DNA of 39,007 nucleotides from Fimbriimonadaceae bacterium. Its GTDB lineage: Bacteria; Armatimonadota; Fimbriimonadia; Fimbriimonadales; Fimbriimonadaceae. The notes below the pieces were generated by a model. That model worked only from the letters and a program-made list of their open reading frames with translations, was not told where the DNA came from and searched no databases. Shown here piece after piece: positions 26,752 to 37,030 of the stretch. The stretch lies in NCBI GenBank assembly GCA_025451715.1, contig JANWJY010000140.1, forward strand, positions 1 to 39,007, written 5' to 3'. The position numbers and the translations under genes are program-made. How positions within the stretch are numbered: position 1 is the stretch's first letter; each line of letters starts with the position of its first letter.

Positions 26752-27363
26752 ATGGCAACAAGTCGAATCTCAAGACGGCCCGACGCGCTTCGGGACATGC
26801 TCACACAGGCATCGGCGGCGGCGACTGCGGTAGGCCTACCCTGGCCCGCGGCGGCACCGACCCCCGCACAGCTCACGGCGGGTGCGACGGCGCTCAACAC
26901 CAACGTCACGAACCTCAACAACCTCGACGGGCAGATCGCTACCGAGCGGCAGACCCGCGACACGAACGTCAACTCTGGTTTCGTGCTCATGCAGCGCGTC
27001 GATGAGGCGACCGACTCGCTGTACGGTCCCGACGGGGCGCAAAAACTCAACTTCGGTCTTCCTCCCAAGGGCACTGGCACGATTGATCCGCTGGTGAAAC
27101 TGACCGACCTGAAAGTGTACGACGGGCTCTTGCCGGGTTCGATCCGTTTTGATTTCGAGAACATCGACGGCGCGAGCTACGAAGTGGTGTGGGCGACCGA
27201 CTCCGCTTTCAACAACGTAGTCGGTTCTGCCGTCTCGACGCAGAGCGAGTACATGATCGCGGGGCTGACTTCCGGGACGCAGTACTGGATGCGCGTCCGC
27301 CCCGTTCGCGGCGGTCAGTCCGCGCCTTGGTCCGACCCGGCCACTCGCGTTGCTCCGCTGTAA
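26752..27363 (+). CDS. small protein with C-terminal fibronectin type III-like domain
   Basis: C-terminal YEVVWATDSAFNNVVGSAVSTQSEYMIAGLTSGTQYWMRVRPVRGGQSAPWSDP fits an FN3 fold pattern. The N-terminal half is Ala/Thr/Asn-rich and helical-looking. Start at ATG 26752. Confidence 0.6.
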   Translation: MATSRISRRPDALRDMLTQASAAATAVGLPWPAAAPTPAQLTAGATALNTNVTNLNNLDGQIATERQTRDTNVNSGFVLMQRVDEATDSLYGPDGAQKLNFGLPPKGTGTIDPLVKLTDLKVYDGLLPGSIRFDFENIDGASYEVVWATDSAFNNVVGSAVSTQSEYMIAGLTSGTQYWMRVRPVRGGQSAPWSDPATRVAPL

Positions 27364-28934
<1,571 letters not shown>

Positions 28935-28937
28935 GGC

Positions 28938-30731
28938 TCACCAGCTCCCGCCGCCGCCGCCGCCAAACCCTCCGCCCGAGAAGCCGCCTCCTCCCGAGAA
29001 CCCCGAGCCCCCTCCGCTGGCACCGTCCGACCGGGGAGGCGTCGAGGCGGCAGAGCCGAAGTCCGAAGTCATCGAGCGGATGTCGTGTGCGAACACGTGC
29101 GCGTAGAACACTCCGCCGTACGGGTCGTGGTACCACGAAGGCGGCTCCTTGACGATGTCGGCGAACGCCTCGTTCCATTGCTCGATCAGGTCGAAGGCGA
29201 CCGCGTAGGGAAGGTACTCCTCGTACTTGAGCCCGTCGGGCTGCTTGTCGACGACCCACGCCATGTAGTTCTCGCGGTGCCTCATCATCTCGTAGAACCC
29301 GAGCGTCTCCTGCCGGACCTGGTTGCCATAGTAAGTCCTCATCGGCATGTGCCAGCCAAGGTTGATCGCTGGGATGAGCCCAACCAGTCCACCTAGGACG
29401 ATGACCCACACGTCCGCGACGAGGGAGAACTGGGAGAGAAGGAACGCGACCAGCCCAGTGAGCAGGATCCCGAGGAAGATCGCGATGCCGCGCACTGTGT
29501 TCGGGTTGGCGCGGTAAAGGTCGCGGGTCACGAAATCCTCGTAAATCGTGCCTTTGAGCTCCATGATGTGCGGCGCGACGTGCGTCCGCAAGTCCTCTCG
29601 GGTGATCTGGCCACCTGCGCTGAGAAGGCGCTCGAGGAGCTCGTTCTCGAAAAGGGAGAGTCCCGTGGTGTCCTCTTTGTTGGTCGGGTGCAGCACGTAC
29701 TCGCGCTTCTGGAACAGCCCCTCTTTCTGCGTTAGTTCGACCGTAAGGTAGCCCTTGACGCACAGCGACATGATCCCTGCTGCGAGGTCGCGTTGGTCGA
29801 CCCTCTCATCGAGCATGGTGCCTGCCTCGGTTGCAGGTAGGGAGCTTGGCGGCTCGAACCGGACCTGGACAGGCCCGTCCTTCTTGTCGCGGCCGTGCTT
29901 TGACCAGATGGGGTACATGATCAGCATCACCACGAAGGGTGTGAGCAAGGGGAGGTACTCCGTCGCGCGCCGCAGGAACTCTTCGAGGGGTGGCGGGCGG
30001 GGCACTGCCGCCTGTGGCAGGCTCAACACAAAGGTGAGTCCCTCGTACGGTTCAAGGGGCTTCGTGCGGGATCCGGTCATTTCGTTTGGCGTTAGCATGA
30101 GGTCGACGAACGGTTCATTGGCAGTGCTCGCGGTCCCTAACTCAGTCAAGACCACGGAGTCCCGCGAGCCGTATTCGCCGGCAAAGGCGCGGGCCCTGAG
30201 CTTCGCGCCGCTCTCCTGCGGAGGAAAGGTGACGCGGAACGAAGCGGCGGTGATCTGCGTGTCCCACTCTGGCCCGGTCGCGTTCCAGTAGAGCTCGGTC
30301 CAAGGCTCCCAAGACTTGTCCTCGTGCCAGTTGAGCGCGCCGAATACCGTGTACTGGATGACATAGGTCTCGCTGCTGCCTGGCGGAAGGAAGACGTCGG
30401 CATCGCCGATTCGGATCTTGAGGTAGTCGCCCTCGCGCGTGACCTTGGTCGTGTGCCTTTTTCCGCTCTCATCGACCACGGCGCCGAGCTTGAGCTGGAT
30501 CGCCCTCTCGCTACCCGTGCCAGTCGGGTAGACGATCGGTATCGTGCGAAAAATGCCGCGCCGTGGCTCGTTGAAGGTGACTTTGATCGTCTCAGTCACC
30601 GCGATCGTGGCGTCTTTGCTGACGATGACCTCAGTGTAAAACGAGTCAATGACGTAAGGGTAGTACTGCGCAGTCGCAAGCGACGCAAACGCAGCGGCGA
30701 CTAAGCACAGGGCGGCGCGCCAGCGGGACAT
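28938..30731 (-). CDS. DUF2207 domain-containing membrane protein
   Basis: Signal peptide and N-terminal DUF2207-like region (YVIQYTVFGALNWHED, ELYWNATGPEW). Internal TM segments and a Gly-rich C-terminus (GGGSGFSGGGGFSGGGFGGGGGGSW). Confidence 0.8.
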   Translation of the reverse strand: MSRWRAALCLVAAAFASLATAQYYPYVIDSFYTEVIVSKDATIAVTETIKVTFNEPRRGIFRTIPIVYPTGTGSERAIQLKLGAVVDESGKRHTTKVTREGDYLKIRIGDADVFLPPGSSETYVIQYTVFGALNWHEDKSWEPWTELYWNATGPEWDTQITAASFRVTFPPQESGAKLRARAFAGEYGSRDSVVLTELGTASTANEPFVDLMLTPNEMTGSRTKPLEPYEGLTFVLSLPQAAVPRPPPLEEFLRRATEYLPLLTPFVVMLIMYPIWSKHGRDKKDGPVQVRFEPPSSLPATEAGTMLDERVDQRDLAAGIMSLCVKGYLTVELTQKEGLFQKREYVLHPTNKEDTTGLSLFENELLERLLSAGGQITREDLRTHVAPHIMELKGTIYEDFVTRDLYRANPNTVRGIAIFLGILLTGLVAFLLSQFSLVADVWVIVLGGLVGLIPAINLGWHMPMRTYYGNQVRQETLGFYEMMRHRENYMAWVVDKQPDGLKYEEYLPYAVAFDLIEQWNEAFADIVKEPPSWYHDPYGGVFYAHVFAHDIRSMTSDFGSAASTPPRSDGASGGGSGFSGGGGFSGGGFGGGGGGSW

Positions 30732-30802
30732 AGCCAGAATGTACCTAGGGCGGTCCGATCACCGTTGGTGGATAACGGTGGGGAAAAGAAAACTCAATCG
30801 TG

Positions 30803-30832
30803 TTGCACGCGAAATCCCGGCAGATGTAGAGT
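30803..30832 (+). promoter_or_regulatory. putative sigma-70-type promoter for the structured RNA
   Basis: TTGCAC (30803-30808), an 18-nt spacer, then TAGAGT (30827-30832) preceded by TG. Similar to the TGTAGACT before the 14453 gene. Confidence 0.3.
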
Positions 30833-30837
30833 GTTCA

Positions 30838-31603
30838 CACAGCAACCGAGGGTTGGTCTGAAGAGTCCGGAGGGCATCCCCTGGATGAAACAGAACCGGT
30901 TCATATAAAACGGTTGCGACGCAGTGAGCGAGACATCGCAGAAGACGGCTCGACCTTCGGGAAGAGAAGTCGGAAGCGTTGAACCGATCGTTCACAGCGG
31001 TATTGCGAGAGACAGGTCCGCCCGGTCGAAAGGGCAATGGCTGAGTGGACTGAGCTCCGGGCAAAGCCCGGCCCGGAGCACAGCGCTCGCAAATCTCGGT
31101 TCGCCGCTCTTGGCGGTTGGCTGATGGAAGCCGAGCCGTGGCCCGCAAGGGTCAGACCCCGCAAGGGGTCAGTTCCGCAAGGACCTAAGCAAGGCAAGCC
31201 ACAGCGGACGGCGGCTTCGGTCGCGGTTCGTAACCGCGCGGCGCCCCTAAAAAGGCGCAGCGCATGGGTTGTGGCCCACGGTCGACCAAGTGTCGGAAGC
31301 CCGCAAGGGCACGCCGGCCCAGACGCACAAGAGCGGCGGAGCGAGCCTGATTGAATCGTTGGGCCGAATCGTCGACCTTCGGGAAGGCATTTCTGGCTTT
31401 TGGATCCAACCAGGATTCGGTCGCCTCGGGCTGGCTTCGGCCAGTCCGGGCGGTCGAGCAAAATATGTCGGCGTCGCGCCTCCGCAGCGTGGCGCCGCCG
31501 TTCTTTAAGCCGGAACACCTGGGTGGCCAGGTTCGTCAAAGACTGTAATCTTGCCGGGAACCGTTGAGGGCACTCAGATTCTTGCCCCAACCCCGCGGGG
31601 TTG
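30838..31603 (+). ncRNA. candidate large structured noncoding RNA (unclassified)
   Basis: No credible ORF. At least 12 GC stems capped by GCAA or UUCG tetraloops, seen only when read on the + strand. Internal repeated hairpin modules. End points are approximate. Confidence 0.4.
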
Positions 31604-31636
31604 CGTTACAATCAAAGTTGCTGGGGTTGATATCAT

Positions 31637-32986
31637 ATGAACCGTTCAATTGCACTCTTGCTTCTCGCGTCTGTGATTACGCCGGCGATCTTCGCCCAAG
31701 AGGTGTATCACGGCACCGCCCAAATCGCGTACTTGAAGGTCAGAAACAGCGATGGCACGTACACGACAATTCGTGACGTTGGCACGATACCGATAAAAAT
31801 CACACCGATCGATGCCACGGTTGGGACCGACACCCTTGACATTCACAACCTGCCTTCCACCCTCGGCCTTACGAAAGGTGGCGGGGGAGGGTTCTTGGGC
31901 GTATCTGGGTACCAAACCGTGTACCAAAACGACACGGGATCGTACTTCGTCGCTATAGACGGCGCCAGCTGCCTTGACGACACTGTGCACACTGCGGCTG
32001 GCAACGGCAAGGCCTGGAGCATCGTCAAGTTCGGGGTTCATATTTCGGACGACCGGCGAACTGGCAAGTTCCTCCTCCGATGGCGGGGATATGCGACGTA
32101 TACGGGCCAGCTCGGCCCCGGCGTCAGTGCGTTTAGCAACGAGTTCTTCGATTCGGGGTTCTACGTGGAACGAAACCAGTTCCCGGCAACCCCGCCAGGT
32201 CAGTCTACGTTTCTCGTCGAGGGCGACATCAGTCAGTACCCCGTGTTCATCGTCCCGAACCAGACTTGCTACATGGCATCTCAGTTCCGCACACCACACC
32301 CGCTCGGACCACAGTTCGAGGATGGCGAAGGGCCGTTCACATTGGACTGGAACGTGTTCGCCAACAACGGACCGCAAATCGGGACGAGCCAGGACATGTT
32401 TTGGTACGACGTGCCCGCCGATGGTGTCTATGACGAGACCGAAGTGGACATGTTCGACCCGGAGGATGGCGGTGTCGGGGCCGGTAACTTCGCATTCAAG
32501 GCGCAAGTCAATTCCGGCCCAACGAACGTAGTCAATCCGTTCTCGTTCAACTGGTTCCGTGGCACACACATGTCTGGAAACGTGGGGAGCCTTTGGTTCG
32601 ATGACGGGAACTACAACGTGGGGCGGTCGGGCGCAACCCCGATCGTGACCGAGGCACCTGCACAGATCGTGGTCGAGTCGTTCTCACCGACCAACTTTCC
32701 AACTGCACTGAGAATCGACGCTCAGGCTAAAGTGAATACAGTTAACCTAGGGATGAGGGTTGAACTCTGGAACTTCACGACGTCACAGTGGGTCCAAGTT
32801 GCCAGTGGCTCAGTCGGCACGAGCGATACGACCCTGATAGGGTTCGCATCGAACCCGGGACAGTGCGTTCAAGCAGGAACTTCGACGATCCGCGCAAAGG
32901 TCAGTTTCTATCGGATCGGCGCGACGCCAGTCTTCGTATGGTTGGCTTCGGTCGATCGCATAGTCTGGACGATCACTTCACCGTAG
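31637..32986 (+). CDS. secreted hypothetical protein (signal peptide, no recognised domain)
   Basis: N-terminus MNRSIALLLLASVITPAIFAQE. 449 aa, rich in Gly/Thr/Asn/Val and beta-rich looking. TACAAT at 31607-31612 lies upstream and a strong terminator downstream. Confidence 0.7.
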   Translation: MNRSIALLLLASVITPAIFAQEVYHGTAQIAYLKVRNSDGTYTTIRDVGTIPIKITPIDATVGTDTLDIHNLPSTLGLTKGGGGGFLGVSGYQTVYQNDTGSYFVAIDGASCLDDTVHTAAGNGKAWSIVKFGVHISDDRRTGKFLLRWRGYATYTGQLGPGVSAFSNEFFDSGFYVERNQFPATPPGQSTFLVEGDISQYPVFIVPNQTCYMASQFRTPHPLGPQFEDGEGPFTLDWNVFANNGPQIGTSQDMFWYDVPADGVYDETEVDMFDPEDGGVGAGNFAFKAQVNSGPTNVVNPFSFNWFRGTHMSGNVGSLWFDDGNYNVGRSGATPIVTEAPAQIVVESFSPTNFPTALRIDAQAKVNTVNLGMRVELWNFTTSQWVQVASGSVGTSDTTLIGFASNPGQCVQAGTSTIRAKVSFYRIGATPVFVWLASVDRIVWTITSP

Positions 32987-33008
32987 TTGGTGTAGCAGCG
33001 CAATGGAA

Positions 33009-33040
33009 GCGGGGCCGAGTCCTTTAGGATTCGGCCCCGC
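33009..33040 (+). terminator. rho-independent-type terminator hairpin
   Basis: 14-bp stem GCGGGGCCGAGTCC / GGATTCGGCCCCGC (one G-U pair) with loop TTTA, followed by pyrimidine-rich TCCTCTATCC. Confidence 0.65.
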
Positions 33041-33076
33041 TCCTCTATCCAAGAATAGTCCATCATAGGAGAGTAA

Positions 33077-34240
33077 GTGACACTGCGACCTCACGCCGTT
33101 CTGATCGATGGCCGCCTCGAGTCTGGGCTCGAGGTGGAGATCGACGCGGCAGGGGAAGTGCACGAGGTTCGCGCACTCGAAGGAGACCCCGAGGAATATG
33201 TTCTGAGCCCTGCGTTCGTAAACGCGCACTCGCACCTCGAGTACAGGGGGCTCCAGGGTCAGCTCACCGCGCGCGGATACTATGACTGGATACAGGCGAT
33301 TACCTCAGCAAAGCTCGCACAGACTCCGGCCCAAGTCCGCGAGGACTGTCTAGTCGCCGCCTATGAGAACCAGCTCTCCGGCGTGGCATACATCGCCGAG
33401 CACTCGGACAGGCCGTACAGCGGCGAAGCGATGTCGCACCACGGCCTCGACGGGATCATCTTCCAGGAAGTCATCACGTTCGGCAAGGAGTCGGTGCTTG
33501 GAGACAGGCTCGGAGAGGTCGCCGAGAACATGCGACAGAACGCGCGCCACTTTGACGGTGATGTCCACATCAACCCGCATGCGCCCTGGACCGTTGACGA
33601 GGCGACACTGCGCTCGATCGCTGAGGCAGGTGGCCGCATCAGTATCCACGTCGCAGAGTCTGTGCACGAGAACGACTACTTCGAAAAGGACAAGGGGCCG
33701 ATTGCACAGGCCTGCCGAAAGGCGGGCGTTACCCGGACACTCGGCCTTCGCGTCGTTCCGTACTTGGCGGGACTGGGATACCTCCGGCAAGGTGTGCAGT
33801 TTGTGCACTGTTGCGACGTCGAGGATGGCGAAATCGACCAGATTGCCACCGCAGGCGTCGCAGTCGCCCACTGTCCACGCTCGAACGAGGCGCTCGATTG
33901 TCCAAGGATGCCCTTGCGCGAGATGCTCGACGCGGGCGTGCTCGTCGGGCTCGGCTTGGACTCAGCAGCATCCAGCGGGCCAATCGACATGTTCGCAGAA
34001 ATGCGGATGGCGCTTGAAGTCGCACAAAAGCGGGGTGCCGAGGTGACGCCCGAGGAAGTTTGGCGCATGGCGACGACGATGGGTGCTGAATCACTCGGGC
34101 TGCACGGTTGGGAGATCGGCGAGGGCCGGTTCGTGCCCATGCTGAAGATCCACGTTTCGGACGCGCAGAGCACAGGAGACCTCATCGCTACCGCGAGCCC
34201 AAGGAGCGTCGAATGGGTGACACCCACAGTCCACAACTGA
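33077..34240 (+). CDS. amidohydrolase family protein (MtaD / aminofutalosine-deaminase-like nucleoside deaminase)
   Basis: Metal ligand motifs FVNAHSHLEY, HVAES, VHC and GLGLDS. GTG start preceded by AGGAGAG. Confidence 0.75.
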   Translation: MTLRPHAVLIDGRLESGLEVEIDAAGEVHEVRALEGDPEEYVLSPAFVNAHSHLEYRGLQGQLTARGYYDWIQAITSAKLAQTPAQVREDCLVAAYENQLSGVAYIAEHSDRPYSGEAMSHHGLDGIIFQEVITFGKESVLGDRLGEVAENMRQNARHFDGDVHINPHAPWTVDEATLRSIAEAGGRISIHVAESVHENDYFEKDKGPIAQACRKAGVTRTLGLRVVPYLAGLGYLRQGVQFVHCCDVEDGEIDQIATAGVAVAHCPRSNEALDCPRMPLREMLDAGVLVGLGLDSAASSGPIDMFAEMRMALEVAQKRGAEVTPEEVWRMATTMGAESLGLHGWEIGEGRFVPMLKIHVSDAQSTGDLIATASPRSVEWVTPTVHN

Positions 34241-34527
34241 GAGCGCTTTGGAAGGTCGTCCGCTCGATCCCCAAGGGCAGCGTGGCGTCGTACGGTTCGG
34301 TCGGCAGGGCCCTTCCTAACCCGTGCAGCGGCTTCCTCGTCGGCAGGTGGATGGCGTCGTGCCCCCAGGACGGTACGCCCTGGTGGCGCGTGGTGAATGC
34401 GAAGGGCCACTTGCCGATCGCGAAAAAGTCGCCTGAGCTCGCGCACGAACAACGGCGCATTCTAGAGAAGGAGAAGGTGAAGTTCGACGGTGACACGATC
34501 AAACCGGCGCACTTCTGGGTGCCTTGA
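34213..34527 (+). CDS. MGMT-family DNA-binding protein lacking the acceptor Cys (alkyltransferase-like, ATL)
   Basis: Motifs IPKGSVASYGSVG and PWWRVV in place of PCHRV. AAGGAG SD at 34201-34206. Overlaps the amidohydrolase 3' end by 28 nt. Confidence 0.75.
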   Translation: MGDTHSPQLRALWKVVRSIPKGSVASYGSVGRALPNPCSGFLVGRWMASCPQDGTPWWRVVNAKGHLPIAKKSPELAHEQRRILEKEKVKFDGDTIKPAHFWVP

Positions 34528-34530
34528 CCG

Positions 34531-35853
34531 CTACGCCATCGCCTCTTCCGGCGTCTCGGTCGGCTCGCCCTCCCACTTTGCAACGCACGCGGCTATGGTC
34601 ATGTCGCCTGTCACGTTGAGCACGGTGCGCGACATGTCGAGGATGCGGTCGATGCCGAGCACGATGCCGATCGTCTCGACGGGAATGTTGAAGCGCTGTA
34701 TGACGCCGGCGATCATCGGCCACGAACCGCCTGGCACTCCTGCCGTGCCGATTCCCGCGACGATCGCGAGGAGCATGACTTGGAACTGTTGGCTGAGGTC
34801 GAGGTCAATTCCTACGAACTGGGCTAGGAAGAGGATGGTGATGCCCTCGAAGAGCGCGGTGCCGTTCTGGTTTCCTGTCGCGCCTACTGTTAGGACGAAA
34901 GTGGAAATCTTGCGTGGCAAGCCGAGGTCCTCTTCCGCAGCCTTCAGGGCCGTTGGGAGCGTTGCGTTGCTAGAAGAGGTCGCGAACGCGGTGAGCATGA
35001 CTGTCTTCATTTGACGGAAGAACTCCATGGGGTTGCGCTTCGCGAGGAATTTGATGACGAGGCTGTAGACCACAAACTGGTGGAACGCGAGCGCGGCGAG
35101 CACGATGAGGACGTACTTGCCCAGAGTCGTGACCAAGTCGAACCCGAGTATTGCTCCGGTACGGAACACGAGGAAGAAGACTCCTATTGGGGCAAGCAAC
35201 ATCGCAAAGTCGATGACCTTCAGACTGACCGCGAACAGACCCTCCAAGAACTGCTTGAGGGGCAGCGCCTTTTCGGGATCGATGGCCGAGAGCGCGATGC
35301 CGAACACAAGCGAGAAGAACATGAACGGGAGCAGCCCGCCAGTGAGGGCTCGGGTTGCTTCAAGAAGCGGGTTCCGCGGCAAGATGCCAAGCGTCGGAGG
35401 GTCGGCCTCAGCGGGCTTTTCTGCCGCACCCTTCTTTTCTGCCGCCCCCTTGTCAATCGCAGCGAGCAGTGCCTGTCGCTTCTCTTCGGGAAGCCCGACG
35501 CCGGGTTTAACGGCGTTGACTGCCGCAATGCCGAGCAAAACCGCGATCACGCTTAGGACGATCGTCATCACGAGGGCACGAAAACCAATACGGCCGACCT
35601 TAGTCGCATCTCCGATCTCAGCAATTCCCAGAGTGAGTGCAGAGAAGAGTAGCGGAACGACGATCATGAAGATCATCGTGAGAAAGATCGAGCCGACGTT
35701 GTTCGCGATGTTCTCCGAGAACCAGACGAGATCTTCGTTCTTCGGGCCGCCCGGCAAGACGAACTGAGCCGTGATCCCAAGTACACCTCCTGCGACGAGC
35801 GAAAGAAGGATCTTCGTGTGCAGGGGCGTGCGCTTGCGGGCGGTCTCGGCCAT
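34531..35853 (-). CDS. dicarboxylate/amino acid:cation symporter (DAACS family)
   Basis: Motifs TSSSNATLPT, GATGNQNGTALFEG and GVPGGSWPMIAGV. Multi-pass membrane protein. Confidence 0.85.
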   Translation of the reverse strand: MAETARKRTPLHTKILLSLVAGGVLGITAQFVLPGGPKNEDLVWFSENIANNVGSIFLTMIFMIVVPLLFSALTLGIAEIGDATKVGRIGFRALVMTIVLSVIAVLLGIAAVNAVKPGVGLPEEKRQALLAAIDKGAAEKKGAAEKPAEADPPTLGILPRNPLLEATRALTGGLLPFMFFSLVFGIALSAIDPEKALPLKQFLEGLFAVSLKVIDFAMLLAPIGVFFLVFRTGAILGFDLVTTLGKYVLIVLAALAFHQFVVYSLVIKFLAKRNPMEFFRQMKTVMLTAFATSSSNATLPTALKAAEEDLGLPRKISTFVLTVGATGNQNGTALFEGITILFLAQFVGIDLDLSQQFQVMLLAIVAGIGTAGVPGGSWPMIAGVIQRFNIPVETIGIVLGIDRILDMSRTVLNVTGDMTIAACVAKWEGEPTETPEEAMA

Positions 35854-35904
35854 GCCGCACAGTATGCGCGATAGGCGTGAGTTATTGGAACCTCGAAGCC
35901 GCCT

Positions 35905-36999
35905 TCAAGCGCGGGCATACCGAGAAACAAGAGCGGGCCACGTGCCGCCCTCGACTGCTTCTCGCACTTCGCGCATCAGCCGGGCGTAAAACGCGAGGTT
36001 GTGTAGCGTCGCGAGGCGTGCGGCCAGCGGTTCGTCGGTCTTGAACAGGTGGCGGATGTAAGCGGCGGAGTACCGCTCTGTCTGTGGGAACACGGAGTCC
36101 GGATCGTGCGGCCCGCCGTGGTTGGCCCACTCCTGGTTTGCGGCGTTGATGCGCCCGTTCAAGGTATAGAGCGCGTGGTGGCGCGCCATGCGCGTGGGCA
36201 GCACACAGTCGAACATGTCGATCCCGCACGCGACCGCGTGGATGATGTCCTGTGGGTGCCCGACGCCCATCAGGTAGCGCGGCTTACCGGCCGGGAGTAG
36301 CGGCGCCGTGTACTCGACCACTGGATACTGCATATCGGTCGGTTCACCCACCGACACTCCGCCGATAGCGAAGCCGTCAAATTCCAGATTTGTTACAGTT
36401 CCCGCGCTTTCCTTACGCAAATCCTCGTGAGTACCTCCCTGAACGATCCCGAACACGGCTTGCCCCTCGCGCTTAACAGAGAGGTTGCGCGGCGCCCATT
36501 GGTGCGTCCGTCGCATCGCCTCCGCTGCCCCATCCTTGGTGCAAGGGAAGGGCGGACACTCGTCGAGCGCCATGCTGACGTCGACCCCGAACTGGCCTTG
36601 GATCTGGATCGACCGTTCTGGAGTGAGGAACGTCTCGTTGCCGTCGAGGTGGCTTCGGAAGGTCACTCCCTCGTCGGTGATCTTGCGGCTCTTTGCGAGC
36701 GACATGACCTGGAACCCGCCAGAGTCGGTGAGGATCGGCTTGCTCCACGACATGAACCTATGGAGACCGCCGAGCCTCTCGATGAGGTCCGCCCCCGGCC
36801 TTTGTGAGAGGTGGTAGGTGTTGCTCAGGACAAGCTCGAACCCGAGCTGCTCGAGGTCCTCTGAGCCGAGCGTTTTGACCGTGCCGTATGTGCCGACGGG
36901 CATGAAGCAAGGAGCCTCGACAGTGCCGTGTGGGGTATGGATGCGCCCCCGTCTGGCGCGGGTGTGCGGGCACTGGGCTAGGAGCTCGTAGCGGACCAC
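35905..36999 (-). CDS. tgt: tRNA-guanine transglycosylase (queuine tRNA-ribosyltransferase)
   Basis: Motifs RARRGRIHTPHGTVEAPCFMPVGT, LTDSGGFQV, GGVSVGE and DCVLPTR. GTG start. Confidence 0.92.
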   Translation of the reverse strand: MVRYELLAQCPHTRARRGRIHTPHGTVEAPCFMPVGTYGTVKTLGSEDLEQLGFELVLSNTYHLSQRPGADLIERLGGLHRFMSWSKPILTDSGGFQVMSLAKSRKITDEGVTFRSHLDGNETFLTPERSIQIQGQFGVDVSMALDECPPFPCTKDGAAEAMRRTHQWAPRNLSVKREGQAVFGIVQGGTHEDLRKESAGTVTNLEFDGFAIGGVSVGEPTDMQYPVVEYTAPLLPAGKPRYLMGVGHPQDIIHAVACGIDMFDCVLPTRMARHHALYTLNGRINAANQEWANHGGPHDPDSVFPQTERYSAAYIRHLFKTDEPLAARLATLHNLAFYARLMREVREAVEGGTWPALVSRYARA

Positions 37000-37001
37000 T
37001 G

Positions 37002-37030
37002 AGGCAGAAGTATGCCAGAGGCTTCTGCCT
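37002..37030. promoter_or_regulatory. 9-bp perfect inverted repeat in the tgt/der divergent region
   Basis: AGGCAGAAG (37002-37010) / CTTCTGCCT (37022-37030) with an 11-nt loop. Confidence 0.3.

Noticed and set aside
26512-26833. Repeat-peptide ORFs across the array (LENPSKALKSLFGA repeats on +; EGFSKAPKRLFKAL and GVLQGSKEALQGFG repeats on -)
   Set aside because: At least four frames are open simultaneously. This points to compositional bias (no stop-forming triplets) rather than selection for one frame. The + ORF starts at a TTG without an SD and runs out of frame into the FN3 gene. Translation is not fully excluded.
30860-30905. Resemblance to RNase P RNA conserved regions (GAGUCCGG ... 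GGAUGAAACAGAACCGGUUCAU against AAAGUCCGGG and AGAUGAAUG...ACAGAACCCGGCUUA), and AGUCCGGGC at 31443
   Set aside because: The P4-like halves are only about 25 nt apart instead of about 300 nt. The universally conserved GAAA before GUCC is missing. I find no GGUAAGAGC or GGGUGAAA specificity-domain elements. The match is probably coincidental, though cmscan should confirm.
31119-31130. Hammerhead-like CUGAUGG
   Set aside because: The core requires CUGANGA plus a properly placed GAAA and three helices, which are not present.
31410-31425. tmRNA-like GGAUUCGGUCG (compare GGAUUCGAC)
   Set aside because: There is no tRNA-like 3' end (GGUUCGAnUCC...CCA) or tag reading frame nearby.
30759-31590. ORFs of 129, 229, 105 and 79 aa inside the 905-nt gap
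   Set aside because: They overlap one another in several frames and strands. They are rich in Arg/Pro/Gly/Ser/Cys with no hydrophobic core pattern or SD. The tetraloop hairpin density explains the sequence better.
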